The notes under the pieces were generated by a model that was given only the letters and a program-made list of their open reading frames with translations, was not told the origin of the DNA and did not search any database. The position numbers and the translations under genes were made by a program. From IMG/VR virus record IMGVR_UViG_3300004093_000003: a stretch of DNA of 64,000 nt, one strand, 5' to 3'. The DNA comes from a virus. Below, piece by piece: positions 28,764 through 37,864 of this stretch (position 1 is its first letter; every line of letters starts with the position of its first letter).

Positions 28764-29972
28764 TCAGCCTCCCGCGGCGAAGAGCGGTGTGTCGTCGCCC
28801 CTCACATGGGCGAGGCGCCGGCGGATGTCAGCGACGTATTCGGCCTCGCGCTCGACCAGGATGCAGTCGAAGCCCTCGGCGAGGCAGGCCATACCAGTCG
28901 TGCCGCTGCCGGCGAACGGATCAAGCACGACGCCGCCCGGCGGCGTTATCAGGCGCACCAGCCAGCGCATCGTGTCGACTGGTTTCACCGTCGGATGCTT
29001 GCTGCCCAGACGATCAGCCGCGTCGGACTTCGACGAGTAGAAGAAGCGCGCCGCGCTGCCTTCATCGCCTCGAGGCTCGTCGGCCGGCGTGCGACGGCGC
29101 GGCTTGTAGACGTTGCCGATCAGCGCTTCGTCGTCGCCATCGTTGCTGCTGTGCTGGCCGGACGAATAAGGGAACGCCGCCAGCACCTCCGGACTGCCAT
29201 CGTGCAGGACGTTCGCCGGCCAGCGGCCCTTGTCGGTCTGGCCACTGATGCTGACATGCGACCGCCAATTGTCGTCGCTATGAGGGAACGACTTCGGGCC
29301 ATTCCGTTGCGTGCGCAGCGTGTTCGTCGGGCCGCCAATCCGGCACCCGTCGATATTGATGCCCCCTACTCCGTGCTTCGCCACGTTGCCCGCGACCGTG
29401 CCGTCGAGCGGCTTCATCGCCACGCAGATCGGCTCGAGCGCGGGCTTCTGGTCTGTGCCCCAGCCCTCCCACCAGGTGGCGAAGTGCGAGCGCGACATCT
29501 CCCAGTCCTTGGGATCTTCGTCGCGGTCGATGCCGAGCAGCTGCTTGTCGAACTGGGCGCCGAAGTCGTGGCTCTTGGGGAAGCCCGACCCGTAGAGCCA
29601 GGCGTTCATGCGCACGATGATGAAGCCCGCGTCCTCGATCGCGCAGGCCATGCGGTGATAGGTGCGATCGCCCGAGAAGGCGACCAGCCGGCCGCCCGGC
29701 AGCAACAGGTCATAGCAGCGGCGCCACGTCTCCGGATCGAAGGCGATGTCGCCGCCGTCCCACTGCTTGCCCATGAAGCCGCGCGAGGCGCGGGCATAGG
29801 CGCCGGTCTGCTTGGCCTTCGCCGGCGCCGCGCCGTCGGCGCCGAAGCGCTTGACGATACTGGTGAGGTGATAGGGCGGATCGGTCACTACTGAATGCAC
29901 CTGGGTGCCGAGCGACTTCAGCCGCGTCAGCACCTGGCGCATGTCGCCTTCGTAGACGTGGACGTGGCTCAC
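28764..29972 (-). CDS. Orphan DNA N6-A/N4-C methyltransferase (beta class)
   Basis: TDPPY motif IV, HPTVKP and VLDPFAGSGTT motif I. Confidence 0.9.
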   Translation of the reverse strand: MSHVHVYEGDMRQVLTRLKSLGTQVHSVVTDPPYHLTSIVKRFGADGAAPAKAKQTGAYARASRGFMGKQWDGGDIAFDPETWRRCYDLLLPGGRLVAFSGDRTYHRMACAIEDAGFIIVRMNAWLYGSGFPKSHDFGAQFDKQLLGIDRDEDPKDWEMSRSHFATWWEGWGTDQKPALEPICVAMKPLDGTVAGNVAKHGVGGINIDGCRIGGPTNTLRTQRNGPKSFPHSDDNWRSHVSISGQTDKGRWPANVLHDGSPEVLAAFPYSSGQHSSNDGDDEALIGNVYKPRRRTPADEPRGDEGSAARFFYSSKSDAADRLGSKHPTVKPVDTMRWLVRLITPPGGVVLDPFAGSGTTGMACLAEGFDCILVEREAEYVADIRRRLAHVRGDDTPLFAAGG

Positions 29973-30142
29973 GCCACGGCCCTCGCCGATCCGCAGCCTA
30001 ATGCGTTGAAAATATGAGATAAATGGCAGTGGTGTGGCATTTCTGCCTCACCCGTGAGCCATAACTCCATACTTTCTGCCCCATAACATTGAAAAATGCA
30101 CCGTTTCTCCCCACCTACTCGAGGTGTTAATGGAGACGGGGT

Positions 30143-30331
30143 ATGGAAAGTCGGGTTATCCTTCAGAAGCTGGCGGCGGAAGGCTGGGAGCAGGTCGCCA
30201 AGAAAGGCAGCCACGTCCAGCTGAAGCACCCGACACGCAAGGGCAAGGTCACGGTTCCCCACCCCGAGCGCGACATACCCATCGGAACCGTCAAGAGCAT
30301 CGTGCGTCAGTCCGGAGTAAAGCTCCGATGA
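30143..30331 (+). CDS. hicA: HicA mRNA interferase toxin
   Basis: GW...KGSH..LKHP...GKVTVPHP.RDIP.GT..SI..Q. Confidence 0.92.
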   Translation: MESRVILQKLAAEGWEQVAKKGSHVQLKHPTRKGKVTVPHPERDIPIGTVKSIVRQSGVKLR

Positions 30332-30409
30332 CGCAACGGCCGCCAACCCCCGCCGGGCGGGTCGCCCGGCAAGAGCAAAGAGAGGACGTGCCAGCTCAAC
30401 CCTGGTGCG

Positions 30410-31147
30410 ATGGATATCATGTTGCAGCCCTACGTCGCGGTGATCGAGCGGAACAAGGAAGGCCGCTTCTTCGCCCATTTGCACGACTTGCCCGGTGCCA
30501 CCGCGGCCGGTGCGAGCGTCGGCGAGGTTCTGCGTAACCTGGCGGATATCGCCGCCGACCATCTCATCGATCTCGTTGAAGAAGGCGAGGATATTCCCGA
30601 GCCGACTGAATTCGAGGACGTGCCCCGCGATCCTGATGTCAAGGAGTACGCCCGCGCTTTCGTCAGCGTGGAGGCGCCCGGTCGAAGTGTGAAGATCTCG
30701 CTCTCGATCGACGAGGGCCTGCTGGCCCGCGTGGATCGCGCAGCCAAGGCTGCTGGTCTGACGCGGTCCGGTTTCTTCGCCGAAGCCGCACATCAGCGAC
30801 TTCGCCAGGAGAGCTCGCCGGCCGTGGGCGTAGCTCCCGCCGCTTCTGGCTTTGTTGGAATGGCCCAGGCAGCAGTGAATCAACTCCACGGTGGAGAGGG
30901 CTATCTTATTCAGCCGATCGTGACTGGCTCCACTCGCAAGGCAGCGGGCATTATGGAAGCGATCGGCAGAGCCAAAACGTTCTTCATCTCTGCCGCAGAC
31001 GATGACAACATCATCAGTGGCGAGCGCGTCTTGATCAGGAATGTCGACGTCGACGCCGCCGTATCCAGAGGGGGCGCACGCATCATCGAACGGGCGCTCA
31101 AACCAAAGGAACGGGCCGCGAGCAGCGGCCGTGAGCGGCACAAGTAG
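30410..31147 (+). CDS. hicB: HicB antitoxin with about 110-aa C-terminal extension
   Basis: DLPG...G...E; EGEDIPEP; RHH domain KISLSIDEGLLARVD.AAK..G.TRSGF. Confidence 0.88.
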   Translation: MDIMLQPYVAVIERNKEGRFFAHLHDLPGATAAGASVGEVLRNLADIAADHLIDLVEEGEDIPEPTEFEDVPRDPDVKEYARAFVSVEAPGRSVKISLSIDEGLLARVDRAAKAAGLTRSGFFAEAAHQRLRQESSPAVGVAPAASGFVGMAQAAVNQLHGGEGYLIQPIVTGSTRKAAGIMEAIGRAKTFFISAADDDNIISGERVLIRNVDVDAAVSRGGARIIERALKPKERAASSGRERHK

Positions 31148-31240
31148 CGCACCCATCATCAAGCCGCTCAGGCGGCTCGTCTTCGCCGACTTGTCATAGT
31201 CGGCGAAGACTAAGTATCTCGAAAGAAGTGGCGCGCGCAT

Positions 31241-33175
31241 CTACGCCGCCATGTCCCACAGCGCCGACCGCACCAAGGCGCGCGCAGTACGTACCGGCAC
31301 GGCGTTGCCGATCTGCTTGGTAATCTCTGTCTTGTTGCCGGCGAACTCGTATTCCTGTTCGGCGTCGCTGAACGACATGGCGCGGGCGAGCTCGCGCCAG
31401 TGGAGCATGCGGAACAGGATGTCGTAGCGCTGGCCCTCGACCTCGAGGCCGGCCGGCGCTTCGTCGCCCTCCGCGCCTTCGGCCAGGCGCACGCTGCCCT
31501 GTGCCGGAATCGTCGGCATCGGCATCGCGATATCGTGCGTGCGCGGCAGCTGGCCGTCGCGCTCGCCGAACGATGCCGTGATGAACGCCAACTCGCCGCG
31601 CTTGGCCGTCGTCAAGGTCGGCAGCGGGTCGGTGACGTCCCGCGCCCGGTTGGCGCCGTCGGCATGCGTCGTCGGCACGATCAGGCCGAAGCGGTCCAGC
31701 GTCGTGACCGTGTCGAGCGGCTGCTCGACACTCTTCGCCGACTGGCTGCCGCCATAGTAGGGCGTGATCAGCGCCGTGCCGCTGCCGCGCTGGCCGCCCG
31801 TGACGATCGTCGGCAGAGGCTCGCCGACGTCACGCGGCGCACCGCCGGAGGCCTGCGACAGCACGAACGGCTCGACCAGGGCGCGGCGATCGTCCGTCAG
31901 GACGGTGGCCAATGGCGCGTCGACCGACTTCGGCTTGCCGGCATACTCGGGACCGCCGGCGCCGACCACGAAGGGATCGATAACGCCATAGCTGCCGCCT
32001 TGGGCATGGATGGTGCCGAGTGGCTCGTCGAGCGGCTTCACGCGCCGATTCGACGGCGCGCGCTCGGTAGGCTTGTCGCCATGCGCCGCTTGAAGGATGA
32101 AAGGCTCGGCCATGCCGATGCGCGCGACTGTCGTGATCGCCGCGGCAGGCTCGTCGACCGAGCGAAGCGGCCGGTCGTGGTGCTGGCCGATCATGAACGG
32201 CTCGGCCATCCCGATGCCGCCCGAGCCGACGATGGTCGGCACCGGCTCATTCGGCGAGCGCGGGCGCAGCTTCGCAGCGCCGTGCGCGTCGGACCTAATC
32301 AGCACCGGCTGCGCGATACCGATATGGCCGCCGTTGGCCGCGATCGTCGGCAACGGTAGATCGATCGACCGCGACGCCATGTGCTGGCGCAGCACGACCA
32401 GGAAGGGCTCGGGCCACCGGAACCGCACGGCGCCGGCATAGATCCGCTGGATGGTGCGCGGCGCCAGCGGGTTCTTGCGGCCGAAGATCGAGCGGCCTTT
32501 CAGCGCCCAGTCGATGCACTCACGCGCCGGCCGCCACTTCTGCAGGGGCGCCAGCAGATCGTGCAACGGCTCACGGGTGTGTGTCGGCTCGGGCCAACGG
32601 ATCGGCCCGCGCTTGCGGCCCATCAGGAAGAACCGCCGCCGCGTCGTGGCGTCGCCATAGTTGGCGCAGTTCAGGATCTTCCAGTCGACGCGGTAGCCCA
32701 GGCGCTCGAGCGTGGCGATCCATTCGCGGAAGTACTGGCCTTTCTTCGACTTGAGCGGCCGGCCGGTACGCGCATCGACCGGGCCCCAGTCGACGAACTC
32801 CGGCACGTTCTCGATCAGCAGGCGCGCGACGTTGAGCTCGGTGAGCCAGGTGACGACGTGCCACGGGTCCATGCGCTGCTGGTCCGACGTCGGCCGGCCG
32901 CCGCGCGCACGGCTGTGATAGGTGCAGGTCGGCGACGCCATCAGCAGATCGAGGCTGCCGCCGGGAACGCATTCGATCGGCCGCGCCGAGGCGACGTCCA
33001 TGCAGTAGTGGCGCGCCTCGGGATGCATGCGCCCGTGTGTCTCGATCGCGCGGTCCCAGTGGTTCACACACGTCAGGTCCATCATGCGGCCGAGGTCGAT
33101 CTCGATCGCCTGCTTGGCGCCGGTCGAAGAGCCGCCGGCGCCGCAGAAGAGATCGGCGACGAGGATCTTCCTCAT
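31241..33175 (-). CDS. Orphan DNA cytosine-5 methyltransferase with internal repeats
   Basis: DLFCGAGG (I), SPTC (IV), ENVPEF (VI), RRRFF (VIII) and KQIGNAV (X). Confidence 0.92.
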   Translation of the reverse strand: MRKILVADLFCGAGGSSTGAKQAIEIDLGRMMDLTCVNHWDRAIETHGRMHPEARHYCMDVASARPIECVPGGSLDLLMASPTCTYHSRARGGRPTSDQQRMDPWHVVTWLTELNVARLLIENVPEFVDWGPVDARTGRPLKSKKGQYFREWIATLERLGYRVDWKILNCANYGDATTRRRFFLMGRKRGPIRWPEPTHTREPLHDLLAPLQKWRPARECIDWALKGRSIFGRKNPLAPRTIQRIYAGAVRFRWPEPFLVVLRQHMASRSIDLPLPTIAANGGHIGIAQPVLIRSDAHGAAKLRPRSPNEPVPTIVGSGGIGMAEPFMIGQHHDRPLRSVDEPAAAITTVARIGMAEPFILQAAHGDKPTERAPSNRRVKPLDEPLGTIHAQGGSYGVIDPFVVGAGGPEYAGKPKSVDAPLATVLTDDRRALVEPFVLSQASGGAPRDVGEPLPTIVTGGQRGSGTALITPYYGGSQSAKSVEQPLDTVTTLDRFGLIVPTTHADGANRARDVTDPLPTLTTAKRGELAFITASFGERDGQLPRTHDIAMPMPTIPAQGSVRLAEGAEGDEAPAGLEVEGQRYDILFRMLHWRELARAMSFSDAEQEYEFAGNKTEITKQIGNAVPVRTARALVRSALWDMAA

Positions 33176-33579
33176 ACCGCCGCCCCTGCAGGCTCGACGA
33201 TCTGAGCCAGCCGCTTGCACGCGAGCGCTGTCCGTCGCCGGAGTATGATCTCGATGCCTGCAAGGTGGAGCGGCCACGGATCACGCTGGAAATCGGGACG
33301 CCGGATGGCCCGCAAGAACACGCGCTCGGGAAGGTGTCCCTTCGCCCGATTACAAGGTTCGCAAGCGGCTCCGATATTGCGCGCCGTGTCCAGGCCACCG
33401 CGCTTCCGCGCCTTGCGGTGCTCGGCGGTGGCTTCGTCCGGTTCCAGCGGCAGGAAGCAGTAGAGGCAGCCGCCGCCCTGCTTCTTCAGTGCCTCGAGTT
33501 TCAGCGCTCGGCGCTCGGCACGCTCTAATGCAGACTGCAGCGCTTGGTGAACGCGGACGCGGCGACGGTCGTGCTTCAC
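33172..33579 (-). CDS. HNH endonuclease
   Basis: CLYC..T.EH...RGG..N..AACEPCNRAKG. Confidence 0.85.
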   Translation of the reverse strand: MKHDRRRVRVHQALQSALERAERRALKLEALKKQGGGCLYCFLPLEPDEATAEHRKARKRGGLDTARNIGAACEPCNRAKGHLPERVFLRAIRRPDFQRDPWPLHLAGIEIILRRRTALACKRLAQIVEPAGAAV

Positions 33580-33770
33580 GCCGGCACGGTCTGCCAGCCG
33601 AGCGAAGGGCTGCGAACGGCGTGCCAGTAGTAGGCCTGCGCCACGATGCGCAGATCACCGTCGACGTGCTGGTCATCATGGGCGAGAGTGAAGCGCTCGT
33701 CCGTGCGCTGCCGCTTCCGCTCGGCCAGGATTGCGGCCGGGATGTTCTTGTGGTTCATCGCAGCCCCCAA
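33576..33770 (-). CDS. Hypothetical phage protein
   Basis: AERKRQ...F...HDDQH pattern; coupled in the operon. Confidence 0.5.
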   Translation of the reverse strand: MGAAMNHKNIPAAILAERKRQRTDERFTLAHDDQHVDGDLRIVAQAYYWHAVRSPSLGWQTVPA

Positions 33771-33924
33771 CCGATCGCCAGCCCTGCCAGCAACGCCATC
33801 ACCACGGGCAACGGTGGCCAGCTCTGGCGCACCCCGGCGCGCTGGTCATAGGCCAGCCGGATCATCCCGGCGGCCTCCCATAGCGGCCAGCGCATGCGCG
33901 GGTCCGGCTTCACCGGTGGATGGA

Positions 33925-34356
33925 TCATCTGCATGACGGCATCTCCTCGTTCGGCCGCGTCCAGCCACCGGCGCGCGCCAGCGCGCGCAGCGTCGGCGCG
34001 CCCGTGTGGAAGCGGCGGGCGATCTCTTCCTGGGAGGCGGCGGCGTGACGCCAGGCGCGCTCGATCCGCTTCAGCTCGCCGTCGCTCCACACGAGCGCGC
34101 GCGGGCCCGACCGGCGCAACGGCCAGCCCTCGGCGCGGGCGATGCGGCGCAGCGTGGGCACGGTGGTGCCGAAGCGCTCGGCGATCGACAGGCAGACCTC
34201 GTCGCTGTGCCACGCAGCCTTCAGGCGCCTGCGCACGCTGCGGGACGCACGGCGCCAGAACGACGTCCGCACGCGCGGCGGATTGCGCCTGATCCAGGGA
34301 CGCTTGCGGACATCGCCCTGGTCCCTCGCCAGCAGGCGCACGTCCAGCGAGCTCAC
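33925..34356 (-). CDS. Protein with two tandem HTH-like repeats
   Basis: IAERFGTTVPTLRRIAR..GW and IARRFHTGAPTLRALAR..GW. Confidence 0.5.
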   Translation of the reverse strand: MSSLDVRLLARDQGDVRKRPWIRRNPPRVRTSFWRRASRSVRRRLKAAWHSDEVCLSIAERFGTTVPTLRRIARAEGWPLRRSGPRALVWSDGELKRIERAWRHAAASQEEIARRFHTGAPTLRALARAGGWTRPNEEMPSCR

Positions 34357-34688
34357 GGCAGATCCTTGCGCGGCTCGCCGACCAGGAGGGCCCACGCCAG
34401 GACCGGGCGATAGTCGATCAACACACCAGGCAGCGGCAGCCGGTGCCAGTGCGCGCGGGCAACGACGCGGCGCAGCAGGTCGACGTGGCCGAAATGCCGG
34501 TGCACGGCAGTGTGACGGACGCCGACATACTGCCCGAGCTGCCGTGTCGACACGCGCCAATGGCCTTCGTTGGCGAAGGCGATGACGGCGTCGATCAGCT
34601 TCGCCCGGGTGGCGTCGCCGCGCTTCTGGGTGAAGCGTTTCACGGGAAACGCACCGGGAGTATCGATTTCCCTTGGCTCTGCCATCAT
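34353..34688 (-). CDS. TetR-like HTH protein (short)
   Basis: RGDATRAKLIDA..STRQL..VGV..AVHRHF. Confidence 0.65.
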   Translation of the reverse strand: MMAEPREIDTPGAFPVKRFTQKRGDATRAKLIDAVIAFANEGHWRVSTRQLGQYVGVRHTAVHRHFGHVDLLRRVVARAHWHRLPLPGVLIDYRPVLAWALLVGEPRKDLP

Positions 34689-34720
34689 TTGGAGCCCCGC
34701 TCCTGTTGTCGTTGCGTCGT

Positions 34721-34797
34721 TGGTAGCGGGGGCCGGATTTGAACCGGCGACCTCCTGGTTATGAGCCAGGCGAGCTTCCGGGCTGCTCTACCCCGCG
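34721..34797 (-). tRNA. tRNA-Met(CAT), initiator type, phage-encoded, CCA encoded
   Basis: CGCGGGG TA GAGC AGCCCGGAA GCTC G CCTGG CTCATAA CCAGG AGGTC GCCGG TTCAAAT CCGGC CCCCGCT A CCA (77 nt). Confidence 0.95.
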
Positions 34798-34802
34798 AAA
34801 AT

Positions 34803-35360
34803 TCACCGTCTTTTGTGTGGCCGCCGATCCCCGGCGCCGAGCACCGACCGCGGGAGTTTCACGTCGCCGGCATCGCCCGGCGGGATCACGACGCCCTGCT
34901 TCTTCATGCGGGCGAACAACGAGCGCTTGAGCGGCGCGATGCCCTTCTGCACGCGCTCGAGCGCGGCCAGCAGAGTGATCAGCTCGTGCGGCTCGATGAC
35001 GCCGTCGGCGTCGGCCTTGGCGATCTCGTCCATCAGCTCGGCTGCCGAGCGCACAACACGCGAGGCTGCCTGCATTGGCCGCAACCGTTCCTCGCCGACC
35101 GCCTGCTGTGGCTTCAGCCGATCGAACAGCTTGCCGAAGACGCCCTCGTTCTGGCTCTTGATCAGCAGCAGCTCGATTGTCAGGGCCTGTTCCAGGGAGG
35201 GCGTGTGCGGCTCGTCGGGGTTGCTCCACTTGGCGATCAGCGACGGCGAGCACCGCAGGCCCTTCGCCCGCAGCGCCGTCGAGATCGCCTCGTCGCCCAG
35301 CATGGCGGCCGCCAGGCGGCAGGCGTCCTCAATCGAATCGGGGTCGCGCAGTTTGGTCAT
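34803..35360 (-). CDS. CII-like regulatory protein
   Basis: LIAKWSNPD..PSLEQALTIE and ADADGVIEPHE motifs; downstream of cro. Confidence 0.68.
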   Translation of the reverse strand: MTKLRDPDSIEDACRLAAAMLGDEAISTALRAKGLRCSPSLIAKWSNPDEPHTPSLEQALTIELLLIKSQNEGVFGKLFDRLKPQQAVGEERLRPMQAASRVVRSAAELMDEIAKADADGVIEPHELITLLAALERVQKGIAPLKRSLFARMKKQGVVIPPGDAGDVKLPRSVLGAGDRRPHKRR

Positions 35361-35527
35361 GATGGATCGCTCTTCGGATTGGGCGCGGTCAACAGACCGG
35401 CGAGATGCGCCGCGACATCGAACGGCAGATCGAGTTCGAGTTTGCCCTGGTGCTGGATCTCGACGGTCAGACGTTTGCCGTTCTGCCAAGGCCGCACACT
35501 CACGCCCAGCAACGTCGTCTTCTCCAT
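35357..35527 (-). CDS. Small hypothetical protein
   Basis: 56-aa ORF coupled to the CII-like gene. Confidence 0.45.
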   Translation of the reverse strand: MEKTTLLGVSVRPWQNGKRLTVEIQHQGKLELDLPFDVAAHLAGLLTAPNPKSDPS

Positions 35528-35597
35528 TGAGACCGACCTTTCGCCCTTGAACCAGGTGTTCAAGGAATGCGATGCAAGGGTCGAGGTAGCATCAGCC

Positions 35598-35780
35598 ATG
35601 ACCGATCCCGTTCCCGAGCTCGCCGAGATCCTGCTCAGTTGCCCGAACTGCTTTGAAGGTCGGCTCGATCTGCTGACCGTCGAACCGCATCCCAACTGGG
35701 ACGGGGTGAAGCTCGTAACGGTGAAGTGCGAGCGGTGCCGCTTCACCGACAACCGACCATGGCGCTCGCGCCGGCATTGA
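35598..35780 (+). CDS. Small zinc-ribbon protein, antisense to the operon
   Basis: CPNC...CERC, 60 aa. Confidence 0.5.
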   Translation: MTDPVPELAEILLSCPNCFEGRLDLLTVEPHPNWDGVKLVTVKCERCRFTDNRPWRSRRH

Positions 35781-36055
35781 TGTACGGCCTGCCCCCTTTT
35801 TTTGGACAAGCGCATCGCAACCATTGCGCGTAGTCTCTGCGCCGATGAGTTGCGTAGCGTGCTGGCTTACCCGGATCGTCGCGGTCGCGGCCGATCCCTC
35901 AGGCGAGGCGGTGTGGGTGTTGCTGGCCCCAGGTACGTCAAAAGCCAGCATGCTCATGCCGCCCCGCTTCGCCGAGGTATCACAGGGATCGCCGATGCCT
36001 TGTTCAGGCGCTCAAAGACCCTATAAGTGCCTCCCGACCCACGCGGAGACACGAC

Positions 36056-36295
36056 ATGGACAGCGCGCCGCTCATCTTTTTCGACCGCATCCAGACGCTG
36101 GGAGTGCGCGATGGCGTGGCCCATCTCACGCTCACCGCTCGGAAATTTCGCGTAGATGCCGCCCTCGGCGTCGCGGCACCAGTCGATGATCCGATCGTTC
36201 ATCTGCGGTTTCCGCTGGCCGCGTTGGCGGACCTCAAGCGCGCGCTCGACGATATCGAGTTGGCAGCTCAGCCAGCGACAGGCGCGAAGAACTAG
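36056..36295 (+). CDS. Hypothetical protein, antisense moron
   Basis: 79-aa ORF with GGAG SD; converges on cro. Confidence 0.58.
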   Translation: MDSAPLIFFDRIQTLGVRDGVAHLTLTARKFRVDAALGVAAPVDDPIVHLRFPLAALADLKRALDDIELAAQPATGAKN

Positions 36296-36303
36296 AGCCA
36301 ACA

Positions 36304-36534
36304 TCACGCCGCCCTCGCTTTCGCAATCCTCGCCAGGACTTCCAGCGTCACGCCACGGATGTCCCGCCGCTCGGCCGACTTCACAACGTCGAGCCACTTG
36401 TACTCAGGCAGCACATCGCGATTGCGCCACTGGCGAACGGTGCCCGGCGCCTCGTCGATGTCCTCGCCCAAGGTCACAGGCGCAGGCTTGGGCCAGAGGT
36501 TGATGACCTCGGTGTATGTTGACGGAGCCGCCAT
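36304..36534 (-). CDS. Cro-like repressor
   Basis: LGEDI..APGTVRQWRNRDVLP..W pattern; divergent from cI. Confidence 0.78.
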   Translation of the reverse strand: MAAPSTYTEVINLWPKPAPVTLGEDIDEAPGTVRQWRNRDVLPEYKWLDVVKSAERRDIRGVTLEVLARIAKARAA

Positions 36535-36543
36535 GCCCGGAAC

Positions 36544-36607
36544 GATACAAATTGGCTCGAAATCATGCAAGCCAAATTGTATCGCTTCTGCTGATACAAA
36601 CTGTATC
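36544..36607. promoter_or_regulatory. OR-like operator triplet
   Basis: GATACAaatTGGCTC (36544), AAGCCAaatTGTATC (36569) and the perfect GATACAaacTGTATC (36593). Confidence 0.75.
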
Positions 36608-37315
36608 ATGGCAACCCAGGGCGAAAGGCTGCGCCAGGCGATCGAGCTTGCGGGCTTCAAGAAGGTCGCGCAGTTCGCCGAATCGATTGGCGAGAGCCCC
36701 ATAAAAGTGCGGCAGCACATCAATCGGGACAGCATCCCGACCGATGCCGCCGACCTCTACGTGCGCCGCCTCCGGCATGTCGGTGTCACCACCGACTGGC
36801 TGCTCTATGGCCGCGGGACGGCGCCCAAAGGCCTGAAGAAACTACCCACAGTGAAGGGCGCGCATGGGGCGCTCCGGCCCTTCGGCGACGAGCGGCCGGA
36901 CGGCTCCAGCATCGAAGTCACTCACTTCGTCGGCGCGGGCGACCAGGTGTTTCCCGTGCCGGGCGACGCGCCGATCGGCTACATCCACGCCCCGCCGGGC
37001 TACCAGGACGGCGGCGCCGTCGCCATTCGCGGCGATTCGGCGATGCCGATGTACGGCGACCGGGACCTGCTGTTCTACAAGGGCTGGGAGGACCCGCCAT
37101 CGCCGCGGCGCATTCCCGATCGCCCCGTGCTGATCGAGCTCGTGGATGGCCGCAGTTTCCTCAAGCGGCTTCTGCAAGGCAGCAAGCGCGGGCTGTTCCA
37201 CCTGATCAGCATCAACCCCGCCTCGCCCATTATCCCCGACGTCGAAGTGCGCATGATCGCGCGCATCGGCTGGGCGTATTTCGGTGGCCTCGAGGACGTC
37301 GAGGTCGCGGACTAG
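36608..37315 (+). CDS. CI-like repressor (XRE HTH + S24 peptidase)
   Basis: HTH ending DWLLYGRG, VGAG cleavage motif, GDSAMP Ser and FLKRL Lys. Confidence 0.92.
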   Translation: MATQGERLRQAIELAGFKKVAQFAESIGESPIKVRQHINRDSIPTDAADLYVRRLRHVGVTTDWLLYGRGTAPKGLKKLPTVKGAHGALRPFGDERPDGSSIEVTHFVGAGDQVFPVPGDAPIGYIHAPPGYQDGGAVAIRGDSAMPMYGDRDLLFYKGWEDPPSPRRIPDRPVLIELVDGRSFLKRLLQGSKRGLFHLISINPASPIIPDVEVRMIARIGWAYFGGLEDVEVAD

Positions 37316-37321
37316 ACGTCG

Positions 37322-37864
37322 CTATGCAGCGTCAGTCTTCAGCGTCGACAAGCATTTGAGACAGCGCTCGCTATTGAGTGGCCGTTGCTTGCGGCAGTCG
37401 GGACACAGGCCGTAGCCGGCTGGCAGCGGGCGCGGCTGGGGGTTCGGCAATGGTGCTTCCAGCGGCACCACAGAATCGATTGGCTGATCGGTGCCGCAAT
37501 ATCGACATTTCCTCGCCGCCGCCAGGATCTCCTCGGCACACGACGGGCAGCGCTTGGTCCTTTCGGGCTCAGGCCGCAGGGGTTGATTGCAGTAGCTGCA
37601 CGTGCGGAATACCGCACTATTGGCCCGCCGACATGACGGACAGACGATGTAGTCGCCCGTGGAGCTTGACGGCTTCAGAGCCGGCGCGGCCGCTGATGCC
37701 GCGGCGAGCGGCGCCACCTTCGAGGGCACGACAATCAACACCAGTAGCCCAATGAGGGGCGACAGGAACAGGCTCAGGAAGAAATAGCCAACGCCGCTGC
37801 GTCCCTTCTGGCTGGCCGCCCAGGCAACCACGAAGCACAGCACAATCCAGCCGATTATCAACAC
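37322..37864 (-). CDS. Membrane protein with three CxxC..CxxC zinc ribbons
   Basis: Two N-terminal TM helices (A.QKGRSG..YFFLSL.LSPLIG); CPSC/CSYC, CPSC/CRYC and CPDC/CLKC. Confidence 0.75.
   Translation of the reverse strand: MLIIGWIVLCFVVAWAASQKGRSGVGYFFLSLFLSPLIGLLVLIVVPSKVAPLAAASAAAPALKPSSSTGDYIVCPSCRRANSAVFRTCSYCNQPLRPEPERTKRCPSCAEEILAAARKCRYCGTDQPIDSVVPLEAPLPNPQPRPLPAGYGLCPDCRKQRPLNSERCLKCLSTLKTDAA

Noticed and set aside
31241-33579. HNH plus C5-MTase as a restriction-modification system
   Set aside because: The HNH is a small generic phage type within the early operon; orphan methyltransferases are the simpler explanation
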